A stretch of 63,287 bases of DNA, counting the filler, from Choristocarpus tenellus KU-1152 (lineage: Eukaryota > Protista > Phaeophyceae): assembly GCA_964200185.2 (NCBI GenBank). It is 9 parts of 9 records of this genome, joined end to end, with 100 filler letters (N's around TTAATTAATTAA, not from the genome) between each part and the next. Parts side by side here need not be neighbours in the genome. Positions count along the whole stretch, not along the records: positions 35,946 to 41,386 come from CAXNAD020010765.1; positions 41,487 to 45,494 come from CAXNAD020016694.1; positions 45,595 to 50,824 come from CAXNAD020011418.1; positions 50,925 to 57,403 come from CAXNAD020008050.1; 5 more parts are not named here. One strand, 5' to 3'. The translations under genes and the position numbers were made by a program. The notes beneath the pieces were generated by a model that saw only the letters and a list, made by a program, of their open reading frames with translations, ran no database searches and had not been told where the DNA came from. Within the stretch, counting starts at the first letter, position 1, and each line of letters opens with the position of its first letter. Shown here one piece after another: positions 38,992 through 51,699 of this stretch.

Positions 38992-39250
38992 GAGTGAAAG
39001 TATCTTAGAGGGTACGAGTTTTTCCCTGTTTGTCCATTTGGGGTTTGGCTTTCCACGGGATTTTAGTGACATTTTAACTACTCCAAAATGTTTCGGAATA
39101 TGTAAAATGTGCACGTTATGAAAAGGTGTGTCCGGAACAAGGATATTGACATCTCCTAACAAATAGGACAGCCAAGATTACATCAAAATTGCAACATTGG
39201 TTTTTGTCCTCCAAATGGACGCGACTCTACCCTATAAGGTAATTTAACAC
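38992..39250 (+). mobile_element. MITE family A
   Basis: Perfect AGGA TSD; right TIR degenerate. Confidence 0.9.
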
Positions 39251-39750
39251 AGGAATTTACGCACCGACCCGAGTTAGGTGTTGGGAGAGCAACCACGCAG
39301 AGGTTTATGCTTGACATATGGCAGACAGTGATGAATGAGTTTCATTTGTTCTGTCAAACGGTAAAGGCCATCAATATCCAAACCGTGGCAAGACTATTGG
39401 GGGGGTGTATGTCCATTTCCGATGTGAACCCTATCGCAAATGTTCCAATGGTATTGAAGCCCTTACTCGTGCGTATCGAAGGTGTCACCACGTCACCCTG
39501 GACAGACGGATGTTGTGGTGCGTGAAATTGCATTGTCGAATCTTGCTTCTAATTCGGAACAGTTGTCTGATTACTCTCAACATATGTGACTGCAACACAT
39601 GTTCCAATTTCGGAAAAAGGTTCGGTCGAATTCGCTGTAGCCATTTCAGATTAAAGCCATTGAATCGATTCTATGTTGACCTGCTCAATGCGATGTGAAA
39701 TCTGTAAATGGAGGATTGGGATTGGAGCTCAAAATGTGGGTGATTTATTT

Positions 39751-39785
39751 GGTTAGGGTTAGGGTTAGGGTTAGGGTTAGGGTTG
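39751..39785 (+). repeat. Interstitial telomere-like (TTAGGG)n, longest pure tract
   Basis: About 5.5 perfect units. Shorter tracts lie near 355, 745, 975, 1655, 3830, 3935, 4785, 5541, 5853, 26755, 26916, 27338, 27555, 31540, 33329 and 34765. Confidence 0.9.
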
Positions 39786-39798
39786 GTATCATGGGTGC

Positions 39799-40040
39799 TG
39801 GTCGACATATCTTAGGGGTAGGGCCACATCCATTTGGCGGCCGAATTCAAATGTCTCATTATTCCTGTAATTCTTGCCATCATTATTGTTTGGAGATGTC
39901 AATGTCCTTCTTCCGGACGCACCTTTCCATAGTGTAGAAATTGTTCTTCTCGAAAACATTTTGGAGAAAGTACAATGTCATTCAAAACCCGTGCGCATCC
40001 AAGCCCTAAAGGACAACCGGCAAAAACGTCGCGCCCTATA
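39799..40040 (-). mobile_element. Old degenerate MITE family A copy
   Basis: TATCTTAGGGGTAGGGCCACATCCATTTGG...TGTCAATGTCCTT...CCGGACGCACCTTT is colinear with the family consensus. Confidence 0.65.
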
Positions 40041-40730
40041 TCATAGAGCACCGAATCTGAAAAAGCTGGTGTTACCACTGCTGACAGCTGGTGTGTACAC
40101 GGTTGTACAGGTAATAGATATATGGCATCGAATTTGAAAATGTTCGTGGCACCACCATCTCAAGCTGGTGAGTACACGGTTATAAAGGAGTCAAAGTATC
40201 TTTGAGGGTAGAGCCACGTCCATTTGGGGCAAAAACCCAATGTTTCGATTTTGATGTAATTTGGGTATCCTGTTTGTTAGGAAGTGTCAACATCCTTGTT
40301 ACGGACACACCTTTTCCGAACGTATACATTTTCCTACTCCGAAACAATTTGGAGTAGAAAAATGTCATGAAAAATCCGTGAGAAGCCAAGCCTCAAACGG
40401 ACAAACAGGGCGAACTCATACCCTCTAAGATACTTTCACTCAAAGGCAACAAATACAGGGTATCGAATTTGAAAATGCTGGTACTATCGCTGATGACAGG
40501 TAGTGTGTGCACGGTGGGAAGCCCAAATACGTAGAGGGCAACGAATATGAAAATGTTGGTATTATCACTGCTGCGATGTATGCGCGGTTGGAAACGAAAT
40601 AAATACAGGGCATCGAATCAGAACATGTTGGTATTACTACTGCTGTTAGCTGGTGTGTACATGGTTAGAAACACAAATAAATACAGGGCATCGAATCTGA
40701 AAATGTTGGTTTTACCACTGCTGACAGCTA
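40040..40730. repeat. Degenerate minisatellite (about 70 bp, about 6 units) interrupted by a MITE
   Basis: Recurring GCATCGAATCTGAAAATGTTGGT...CCACTGCTGACAGCTGGTGTGTACACGGTT. Confidence 0.8.
40188..40441 (-). mobile_element. MITE family A inserted in a minisatellite
   Basis: Perfect AAAG TSD. Confidence 0.93.
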
Positions 40731-41486
40731 AGAGTGGATTTTACAAATTGAGGATGGAGCGTACTATTGAGGATGGTTTTGACCGAAAATGGTNNNNNNN
40801 NNNGAAAAAGTGCCGATATGTTTTTTTTTTGTAAATGTTGCGACACTTTGTAAGGGCCCCTTTTTGAATGGGATATATTCTTATTCAAAACTATTTCGGT
40901 GCTTGTGGAGGGCACTGAAACGATTTGGAAGCGACCTTGACCAAGCCAAAGGTATAAGGACAGATGGGCCCCCCCGGGGGGGAGCCGGTAACGGTTTGGG
41001 TATTCTTATAATAATATGTATGGTACACTACAGATTGTATTATACAGTACATACATACATACGTCTTCTTCTATTAGTTATAACTATTTATTCGAGTGTT
41101 ATTTGGCTTGTACAAGTAAGGGATTGATAGGTCACATCCATCAAAAAAAATTACCAAGTCCACAAAGAAGAACGAACAGATGTTTCACTCTATACATACA
41201 TGAAAAGCTTGTACTTCGTGTATAGTTTTGGTGTCAATGGCTGTTGTTATCGTGTAGTTCTGGAACACTTAGAAAGAAGGAAGGTTAGTCACAAAGGAGT
41301 TACTACCTTGAGAAGATCTCGTGATCATCTTTCATGTTAGAGGTGGTACAAATGTACCTAGCGGCCAATCTTCATACCAGAGGCGGNNNNNNNNNNNNNN
41401 NNNNNNNNNNNNNNNNNNNNNNNNNNNNNNTTAATTAATTAANNNNNNNNNNNNNNNNNNNNNNNNNNNNNNNNNNNNNNNNNNNN

Positions 41487-42189
41487 TCAGGTGGTAGGGG
41501 AGGTGATGGCACTGGCGATGGGGGGGGGGCTGGTGGAGATGGCAGGGCTCAGCAACCGCCTTCTTTTGATTTGGAAGCTTGGTGTGGGGAACGCCTGTCA
41601 AGGGAAGACAGGGAGGGGTTTGCCAACAGACTCCTGGCGTTTGTGCAGGTGTGTGTGAGAAAGAGAGAGGGATGTGTTTATGTGTTGGACCTTGCTGTGT
41701 AGTTGGTGAATATAGGGTAAAGGGTATGTACATGAGGTAATGAGCAGTGGCCGGCAAAGCAATTTGTCCAAGGTGTTACAGAAAGTTTCTTGATGTGCCT
41801 GACTATTGTCTCGGAACATTTCTTTTGTACTCTGCAATTGTCCTAAGTTCTGTCCCCTCGCTTGATTTTTGATTTCAACTCTAACCCGGTCATCCCACCC
41901 TCATCATCTAACCATGACCTGTTCTTTTGAACGGCATCCACTATAGTTGCATATGGCAGGGGCGAGACCACGAGAGCAATCTCAAAAGGCTGGGGAGGCC
42001 CTGGGTGAGGGTCCGCTACCCCTCTGTGCTCTTACCCTGGAGGCAGCAGCAGTGTTTCTCAAGGTACTTGGAGCAGCAGGACCGCTCTCGCCCACTGCAG
42101 AAGCCCTGTCCATCGCATACCCTATGATCAGATCCCAGGCACAGCAGGTGGCGGAGGCGTCGAAGAAGATGCACCCTAAGTTGGCACAG
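41487..42189 (+). CDS. Probable exons of an unidentified host gene (Gly-rich segment, then predicted helical segment)
   Basis: 41487..41648 reads SGGRGGDG...FDLEAWCGERLSREDREGFANRLLAFVQ|GT. 41960..42189 reads ...LCALTLEAAAVFLKVLG...MHPKLAQ|GT. The phase link between the two is unresolved. Confidence 0.4.
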
Positions 42190-42659
42190 GTTTGTGTGAA
42201 TTATGGGAGGGTGCTGAAGTGGTTTTGGGTAGTTACTGTAGCTATTGGGAGTTAATTTTTTTTGTCTTTTTTCTCTGTATGCTTTTTTTTTAGAGCATTT
42301 TTTTTTTTTTAAAGAAAGTGTGTGTCGTTTTTTGAGGAAAAGTGATCTGTTGTTGGATGAAGTTGTTCTGTCCTTGCGTGGGCTCTTGTGTGTTTTTTAT
42401 GTTGAGCCTAGTGTGACCTTTTTTATGTTTGTCTGAAAGGCCTGGTGGGAATAATAGTGCTTTTCTATCTAGTTTGATGCGGTGCCTTCTTGACATCTGC
42501 AGGTATAATGTTACCTGTTTGGAGGTACATGTTGCTTTGGTTGCCTACAGAAGAATACCTTTCATTTTGTTTTGCTCACGAATTCTGGATTATTATTATT
42601 ATTTTATTCTATGTTTGTATTCCTCCCTATTCTCTTTTCTCCCCACATTCTAACAACCC

Positions 42660-44650
42660 TTGTGACTAACCAGTGCGACCTCTTCGCCACTAATTTCCAG
42701 TCACCCCTTACATCTAATGACCAACCGGGGTGAACCCCCCTTTGCCCCTGATTTCCAGTCACCCCCACATCTGATGACCAACCAGTGTAACCCCTTTCAC
42801 CACTGATTTGCGATCTCTACCACCCTGTTGAACCCTATTCAACCCCACTCAACCCCACACCAGTTACCACTCCACCACACCATTCAACACAACTCAACAC
42901 CACTCCACAATCATCCAAGAACCCCCCTTCATCATCCCCTTCATACCATGCCTTTGAGCTAGAAGACATCTACCCCGCCTGAACTTGACCTCCCCTCCCC
43001 TTCGGGGTTGATTTCTTCTAGATCAGACTTTAGGTCCTGCCCTGGACGAACCCAGTCCTTACTACTTTCTGCCAGACCCATCGAAATCCACACCAAGTCC
43101 CTCTGGTTGACCCTTACATACACCATGAACACAGTTGACTTCCATCTCCCGTCCCTCTGAATTACCATCTCTAAAACTCCCCAGATTGCCGGCCTGGTGG
43201 CTCCCCCTGTCCTTCCTGAATGCAGAGCATATTCTTCTGTGTTTCAACTTTAGCACTTTTGCTATTTTTCTCAGGCTACATATTGCTTGCCCCCTCGGCA
43301 CTACCCTCCACCTCTCTCCCTCCTTCAATGTCATCAGTGGGGCATCAGGGGGTAGCTCTGGGAAACCTTCCATAATTGCTAGTACCACCTCAGAACCCCC
43401 CCCTAGTCTCTTCCCCTCTTCCCTTCTCCACTCAGACTCCCGTCAACATTGTTCCCTTCCCGGCCTGGTCCCGATTTGACCCCCTGAATATTACCGACAT
43501 TTTCTGCATTGTGTCTATCCTCCCAACCTAGTCTCTCTACCCCTTTCCTCTCTACTACTGCTCTCCTCACCGTAAAATCTACATACACCCTCTCCCCCCC
43601 CTCATCATACGCCCAAAGCTCCGACGCTCTTGCCAAGAAAACGAATGAGGACCCCAATCCTACCCTAGTCAACTTACCCTCCCTTCCTAACATTTTTGTA
43701 CAGTGCTATATTTCTACAATCATTCTCCATGTCAGGGGTCTCCTTTTAGGCTGACTGCCTGTTTTTGTGTGACTTCTCCCCATACCTTTGGCCCTGGCGA
43801 AAGCATGGTGTGTTGTGGGAAGTTTGATGTTAGGAAATTGTTAGCGGATGTAGTGGATTGCTGAAATCTTAGTCGTTGATTGTACCTACTCGGTTTCCCC
43901 CACTCCTCCAGCAACACCATGTAAACCCCCCACGCGCCTTTCCCCCATCCAAATCTCGAATTCTACGGTCCCACCACCTACTCAATCCTCTCTATGTATA
44001 GAATCCCAACTACTGTTCCTATCACATTTCTGAGCAGATGGCGCAACCGAGCCTCTGACCTACAAGGCGCTTAATCACATCGTCTCTCATTCCCAACCCA
44101 CGATCTGTTCCTGCCAGTCAACGTATGGATCAGCAAGTTGGAGGTTAGATTGAGCATTTTCTTTTTCCAATCCTGATATTCCATCTATCTGATCATTCTT
44201 CTATTGTGTTCTGCCGCAAATGATTGTTCCCTCGCTACCTCTATCTTCCCCCTCCTCATCACCCCTCCCCCCCCCCTTCCAAACCAATGCACTGCAGACT
44301 TGGCGTCTCATCTTCATAGTACTTAATCCTCCTTTATCTTTTCCCTATCTTCGGTACCCCTACCCCTTCATTCCCTCCTTCCCCAACCATTCTAGCGCGA
44401 TGATTGGTATACTCTCCCCCTCTCTTTTCATCCCCCTTCCATTGATATCCTTCTTGACGCACTCTGTACTCTCTGACCACCCTCGTGGGCTGTCATACTT
44501 GGCACCACTATCCTTCCCCTTAGAATCTAATCCCTGATCTATGTCTATCCCCTCTGACCCCCTCCCTTCCCGCTAGTCTACCCAAGCAGCCCCCCTCGTG
44601 GCGTACTCCCAACGGGTAGACCAGCCACCAAAATAAACCCCAGGGCGGAC
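42660..44650 (-). mobile_element. Degenerate tyrosine-recombinase (DIRS/Ngaro-like) retrotransposon
   Basis: YR catalytic motifs FLARASELW, EEYALHSGRTGGATR and VIQRDGRWKSTVFMVYVR across frameshifts. Upstream RNase H-like region homologous to 11.2-11.8 kb. Confidence 0.85.
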
Positions 44651-45594
44651 TTGAGGGATCTATAATCCACCTTAATCTCTATATAGATTCGTGGTAAAAA
44701 TTAATGTGCCCAAGCCATCTAGTTTCTGGTGAACTTTCCTTGGGTATGGTATATTACGACTGCATAAAGTCCATTAACGTTGTTTTTGGGTTCTACAACT
44801 TACGGCTATGCCTTCTCACACTTGGTGCCCCAATTCTTGGATACCCACACATTCCTTGTATTTCGGACACTGAACTCTTGGTTTGGGATGGGATCTGTAA
44901 CACTGGATGCTTTTACGGGCTTCAGCTGGTGTTTGATTAGTAGTTTCGTAAGCCTATCCTCTCCCCCCCCTCCCCCCCTTTGTACGTTCTTGAACTTCTC
45001 TTACCTTAGAAGGCTGTTGGGGACCCCCCCCCTCCAATGTCTGTGACATACCTGTATTCTTGAGACCACATTCCCAACTCTATTTAGGGCTCAACCCCTT
45101 GCTCAAATGTTGTCCCTCCACCCTCCTCTGCCTTGCCTTGCGTAATCTGGTAGAGACTAGTCTGAATGGGTTCCGTAAGGACTTGAGCATATAACATGTA
45201 TGTATTAGTCTGTAACATTCTCAGTACGCCAATTCTTGGCTACCGACACACTCCTTATATCTCTGACATTAGACTACCCTTTTATTTTATTTTATTTTTA
45301 TTTTCCTCACTTTTTAAAAAACTGTTTGAGATGGAATCTGTAATACTTAAAGCTTTGACACCGTTTCCACTAGTTTTTATTACAAGTTTGGGTCAAAGTA
45401 TCTGGGGGAGGGATATCGGTCGCACAAGTCGGATTTGAAACGTCAGCAAAAAAAAGAGTTGTTTGACCGAAACGGACGCCCCCTCAAACACCCCNNNNNN
45501 NNNNNNNNNNNNNNNNNNNNNNNNNNNNNNNNNNNNNNTTAATTAATTAANNNNNNNNNNNNNNNNNNNNNNNNNNNNNNNNNNNNNNNNNNNN

Positions 45595-45662
45595 TCAAAA
45601 TCGCAACATTGGATTTTGGCCCCCAAATGGACGCGGCTCTACCCTCTAAGATACTTTGACTC
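45595..45662 (+). mobile_element. MITE family A, partial at contig start
   Basis: Ends TACCCTCTAAGATACTTTGACTC. Confidence 0.85.
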
Positions 45663-46075
45663 TTATTGATCGGCAGCACTCATCATGCAATGATGGAAGG
45701 ATCCACTCAAAGGCTAGGTATTGGTCGACAATATTATTAGTGCTATCAGCTTTTCCATGACCCTTGGTTTTTTCAGTGAAGGGCGCCAGTTCAAGACTAT
45801 TCTCGAGCAATAGCTACTTCCTGTGCATTGTTGGTTTCAGAGTTAAGTTCAACATAAGGGTCGGGTTCAGGGTTATGGGCCTATATTTTTGGTAAGAGCT
45901 TTTGATAGTATTCATCATCAAACTATTGTGAGATCTACTCTAGCACTTGGGTCAATAAAAACTTCAATTGGGAGCTTTAGTGGGACTAAATTTAAACTTG
46001 TCTCTATTTCTAACACCAACTCTATCCCTAGCCCAAACCATTTTATATAATACTCCTCAACTGAACACGTTCCAG

Positions 46076-49000
46076 AATAATAAGGCTAGTGAGGCATCAG
46101 CACATCAGCAAGATGTTCCAACACGGCGTTCAACTTCACGCAAGCTCATCAGGAGAAAGCCTAAAGAAGCAACTTCATCTGACATGGAGGACAGTCCTGA
46201 TGGTGCTAATGGTAGTAGCGGCAGTATTGACCACAGTGGAAAGGATGGAAAGTCTGGTACTGATTCAAAACCTGGGCAGAGAACAAACAGGCGTATTGAA
46301 GAGAATCTGGTTTCACCAAGGGAACGCCAGCTGCTTGCGAGCATGGGCGTGAATAGGCCCTCAGGGAATCACCCAGGGCACATCCTCACACTCTACGGGA
46401 GAAAGGTGAGGTGGAAAGATTGTGTGTAAGGAGCGCGATCTGGAGTAGCTAAAAATTTTCGAAAAAGCACATTCTCGGTTCTTGTGTGAGCGTTTCATTT
46501 TGTGTATGGCATGAATGCCTGTCAAATTTAATGGCATAAGTCAGCAGTGTGTGCTGCAGTAAGTATTGCGATTTTCCGATTTGTAGGTTCAACCCTGCGA
46601 AATTTTAGACACCATGAAGTGTTTTGCCTGTCAACAGTTGTCATGGCGATTGACGTTATATACGTAGTGATAAGGATGTGGTCATTTTACAGAGTTGTGA
46701 TTCAAATTCTGAGGCTGAAGTTGCCAATTTTTTTTGTATTGGTGGTATCTCAACCTGTTCATGCCCTGTTTTCTGAGTTGCATATGACGATTACATTATT
46801 ACCTTGTTCATGTCAGTATGGTCCTTACCATATTTCAAAGTCTTCTACTACCACACACATTCTGTGAATCTCTGTTAAATTATGTGCTGTTCTTCCCCCA
46901 GGCCTCACCCAACTATCTTGCAGGTATTGTCTTCCAAATTGCCCCACTAATTCCACAATTGCGCCTCCCTCTTCCTTACCCTCCCATCATAAAACCCTTA
47001 CTCTATCTTCTTAGACACGCCGTTGCCATGTTTGCAAAGGATGCAAGGCGGTTGACTGCCAGCAATGTCGTTTTTGCTTGGACATGCCCAAACATGGTGG
47101 CAGAGGTTCATTCAAGCAACCCTGTCAAGCGAGGCGGTGAGCTAGGTCTATCTCCTTCTCACAATGAACTTTGCACCCCCCCTTTCCCTGTTGCCTATCC
47201 CTTGTACCTGTTTCTGTCACACTCGCCAAAGTGTTTGGCATCCTCAAACCCCTCTCGAGTTGGCAAATGTTGTAATTTGAATTTTTGTTATGTCCTTGAC
47301 CTCCTGCTATACCAGTAAGCTCACATTTCAAGTTCGTGTCAAGTCTCCAAGCCTAGCTAAAGTAGCTATGCATTGAAATTGGCTCTAAAAATAAGTGTTG
47401 TTGGCATCCCTTTTAGACATTTCAATGATATCATCTGCTGGGAGAATGGGGGAGAACTTCAAGAATCCTTACGAGAAATGGAAATAATCGTTTCTGAGGC
47501 TGTTTGGAAGAAATTTACCATAACCTATTTGTCAGATTTCATCTGTATATTTGTGCGATCCATGTCCCACACACATACAATTTTTCAGTAAATAGATATT
47601 CCAAATATTGGGAACCTACAACACCCTCTATGAAAAAGACGTTTACCTACACTCTATTTTTTTAAACTCTGTTGAATACCAAGAATATACGTTCTCTTCC
47701 TCACAGTTTAAATACCCAACATCTCTTCATATGGAAATTTCTTTTTCCTACTAAAGTTTCCTCTGCTGGGTATGAGTACTTCATTTGTATCCATCAACTC
47801 AGATCTCTCGACAAAGAAATTCAAATTCTTCCTGGTGAAAGTGCCGAAATGTAGTGCGTTGCCAATCAGAGGTTTTCCTTCAAATCATCCCCTAGTATGA
47901 TTCGCCAAATTTTAATCATATACCCCAGCCCTTGCTCATGTACATATTGTGTAAATCCAGGTTTAAGGTATTGACTACCTGTCTGTGTGTCTGTTCACCT
48001 GTTCTTTTGTATACTGCCATTGCTGCCTCGTGTCCTCTCTAGTCTGCTTGCATGCTAGTACCACTCATTCTTCACGGAAAACGAAATCCTAACCCCCTTC
48101 TGCTCATGCCAATCACTCGAACTTTTGTATATGGGCTTAAACTGACCCTAACCTCCGCTTCATTCACTTGTACCTTGTACCTTGTACCTTGCACCTTGTT
48201 CCTTGTACCTTGCACATGATCTTCTGTGTGGTAAGTCTACTGCCATCAACTCTCTCTCCCTTGTGCACCAAGACCTCACTGATTTCGCCATACACGCCTG
48301 ATTCTCATCCATCTCAGGTCTCTCTCTGCTGTACATGAATACCTCACACCCTAAGTCTCCCCTGGAGGCGGCAATGTAGTGTTCCTAATGACGGTTTACC
48401 TGGCCACCCCTATTTCCAACCTCACTCCTTTCATCACTCCTCGCTGCTGGCCTCCCCTGAACTTTCTTCACCTTGCTCCATTCCCTCCCCTCCCTTTCTC
48501 AGTCCCTATTCCCCATGCCCCCCATGCTGTGGCAAACACTTCACAGGTGTGCTTGGGTGGAGTACGATCGGAAAGTGAAGGCGATACTTGGATCCCCCCG
48601 TGCCAATGCCTCACCAGCGGGAGGGGCCCTTCTTGAAGGATGGAGAAGGACAAGAAGAACTCCCTCTGCTACCACTGAAAATACCAGAGTGTTGAGGGGC
48701 ACCCCTAGGGCGGATACGCATAGCCCCAGAGAGCCCAGGATCAGCCCCAGGGTAGTCAAGGCCAACATGAAGTTTGCTGCCACCAGTTCTACTGGCAGCT
48801 CTAAGGTAAGGCAGTTCAGGGGTGACTAATGGTGGGGTGGTGCGAGAAAGCATTACTCAAGTGCTTTGTGCTCTTTGTCCTCTGACTTTCTTTAATTACG
48901 CTTGATCATTACCTGCTCTGGGACCCTAGTGTGTTCTCTGGTTGTCATGAGGGGCAGAGCCTGTCCACTCTGCTCCCCACTCTTCTCCCTACTCCTCTCC

Positions 49001-49280
49001 TCTGTAATCTTGCATTAAACACTCCATTATTATCAAACAGTAGTTCTTATTTGTGACTACGGTCCACCATAGCTGACCAACGTAAATCCCCCAAATTCTT
49101 TGATATTTTTACTCTGACCTGAAGTTGGTTAAGAGGCGTGGACATAGGCTTACAGGTGGTAGGAAGCCACCACGCAGCAAGCGTTGCGGATCATGTGCAG
49201 GTTGTCTCACAAAAAACTGTCAAGTATGCCGGTTCTGCCTGGATATGCCAAAGTATGGTGGGCCCGGCCACAAGAGGCAG
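46076..49280 (+). CDS. Protein with two zf-CXXC (CpG-binding) zinc fingers, internal exons, partial at both ends
   Basis: join(46076..46405,47015..47136,48547..48805,49125..49280), phases 0,2,0 fit. CXXC1 is RRCHVCKGCKAVDCQQCRFCLDMPKHGGRGSFKQPCQARRC. CXXC2 is KRCGSCAGCLTKNCQVCRFCLDMPKYGGPGHKRQ, whose last Cys pair would be in an unlocated exon. Confidence 0.85.
48168..48214. repeat. (CTTGTAC)n heptamer repeat in intron
   Basis: Direct reading. Confidence 0.85.
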
Positions 49281-50046
49281 GTGATGAAATTGGTTTTGTG
49301 AGAGGCACCAGATCTGTACTGATGGGCTGGAGCAACATTGTATTTTGGAGGCTGCAATGAGAATATGAAAATCTGAAGAATATATTCTAGAATTTTGCTG
49401 TTGCTTTCTTTTTTCATCTACATTTTGGATGGATATCAGCAATGCCTTCTACCTATATATATATTTTTTTTCTGTATACAAATGTGAAAGACTTGGTATT
49501 ATTTATTCCTAAAGAATGGTGGGACTTGAATCTATGCACAAACCATGTCTTTGTTTTATCGCATGGCTAGTGAGTGGTGGTACCATGAATGTCAATTGAT
49601 CTCATCTGAGGACTGATCATCCGTCCACAGAGGAGCATACATGAAGAAGGTGTGTCTCTTGATAATTTCTAGACTGGAAACCTTGATCAAACTGTACACA
49701 TGTCACCTACGGCTGAATGACACTAAAGGTGTAGAAATAAGTTAGTTGAAAGTAATATTGGCCTGGTTCTGTTGGTGGAGGTGTGGTTTTGTCAGCCAAT
49801 AAATGATCTCTTTACTCAGTCGTTGGTGGGCATATGTTAATACATGGGAGGATAGGATTGAGAGGAGGAAAATATTTGCTGAGGAGTGATGGTGGTGGTC
49901 GGTCCACAAATAGGTAGGTCATGAGAAGAATAGGAGGGCAAAGTACCCTTGTAGAGTGATTGAGAAGAGCAATATGCCTGGGGTCAATCTTTGTGAGTTC
50001 TAGGGAGGAAGATGAAGGTTAGCCTTTTGGCCTCTATTTGGACTAT

Positions 50047-50304
50047 GGGACAAAGTATCTTAGAGGGTAGAGCCGCGTCCATTTGGGGGTCAAAATCGAA
50101 TGCTGCGGTTTTGATGTAGTTTTGGTTACCGTGTTTGTTAGGAAGTGTCATTATCCTTGTTCCGGACACACCTTTTCATAACGTATACATTTTACCTACT
50201 CCGAACTATTTTGGAGTAGGAAAATGTACTAAAACCCTCAAGGGAAGCTAAGCCCCAAATGGACAAACAGGGCAAACCTCGTACCCTCTAAGATACTTAC
50301 ACTC
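50047..50304 (-). mobile_element. MITE family A
   Basis: Perfect CTAT TSD. Confidence 0.93.
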
Positions 50305-51304
50305 CTATCAAAGCACTTGTTTTCCCGGCAGGGTGTGTTATGGTAATATTTCCTCCTAGTAAATATGTAGAAATGTACCTCAACGTTGTATGTGTCAAAT
50401 TCCAATTCAAAGCACTTTCTAATATATGCATTGATGGTTCTGGGCCAGTGTTATTCACACACACACACACACACACACATTGCACTTGAACTGGCATTGG
50501 TATGAGAAGCCTAATTATTTAAACTTATATTGCTTTATAGCAATAAATATATTACGCTACATTTATTGTATTGACAAAACAATATACAAAACGTTAATAT
50601 TCATTGCTTACTAAATAACAAATAGCAATTACTACTATGTCAAATATTTCTTTCAAAAAGGCACTGTTCCTGTGGTCTTTGGCGAGTATATTCCTTGCCT
50701 TTCAATTTATCTTAAGGCTATCTACTGGTATCCTAAGGGAAGAAATTACTCAAAAATTTGCTATTGATGCGGCTTGTCTACGCAGTGGGATTCGTTGATC
50801 ATGCTCAGTATTACGTGCACAATANNNNNNNNNNNNNNNNNNNNNNNNNNNNNNNNNNNNNNNNNNNNTTAATTAATTAANNNNNNNNNNNNNNNNNNNN
50901 NNNNNNNNNNNNNNNNNNNNNNNNTAATTCATTCGTCATCAAACACGTCAGAAATATGTTTAAACATGTTTGTGACAGTTACACTACGTCAGTCACTTAT
51001 AAGTTCAAGTTAAATTACTTCATTCACTTTTATACTATGAATCATATATACTACTAGTCTATATTGCACACACTCCCTGTGAGCTGACCATACAAAGTGC
51101 ACATCATAGAAGCGAGAATTGCAATACTTTCGTAGTATGTACAAGCAAATAGTGTGGATGATCACAAACCCCACATCATAGGATAAGGCTGTGTGTCTCG
51201 TCCCCTCTTTTTCATTCAGCCAGTGGAAAACGAGAGCACAAGCTACTTGTGAGCCAATATACATAGAGTGTATTCACACTAAGACATACAATCCCATACC
51301 AGCA

Positions 51305-51554
51305 GAGTCAAAACATTATAGAGAGTAGGAGTTTTGCCCTGTTGTCAGTTCGGGGCTGGCTTCCCACGTTTTTTTTATGCTCTTTTTCAGTTTTCGGTGT
51401 GAACACAGTTACCTGCAATGTACACGACTATGAAAGTTGTGGCTGGAGGAAGGATATTGAACTTGCTAACAAACGCGACAGCCAAAATGAAAAAAAATCG
51501 CAATTTTGGATTTTTGATCCCGAACGGATGCGGCCCTCTTAAATGCTTTTGGTG
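51305..51554 (+). mobile_element. MITE subfamily B
   Basis: AGCA TSD; homologous to 28795-29052. Confidence 0.75.
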
Positions 51555-51699
51555 AGCACTTCATTTCGAGCACGTGTCTCGCAGGGAGATGTCTAAAGGA
51601 ACAAGTCCCAGAGTCCTTTTGGAACTTCGGCTCATTTTGGTGGTGGTATCAGCTTCATCACTGGATATACAAGGTAAACAAACTTGTCCGTGTGCTCAT

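Noticed and set aside
44700-45390. Diverged duplicated segment with GMCGY motif
   Set aside because: Probably scraps of Gypsy RT, too decayed to annotate confidently.
23972-49280. Apparent chromatin gene cluster (DOT1-like plus CXXC)
   Set aside because: The genes lie on different contigs separated by spacers, so adjacency is not evidence of linkage.
49631-49741. Candidate exon completing CXXC2
   Set aside because: No in-frame C-x4-C follows the CAG acceptor. The true exon probably lies beyond the contig end.
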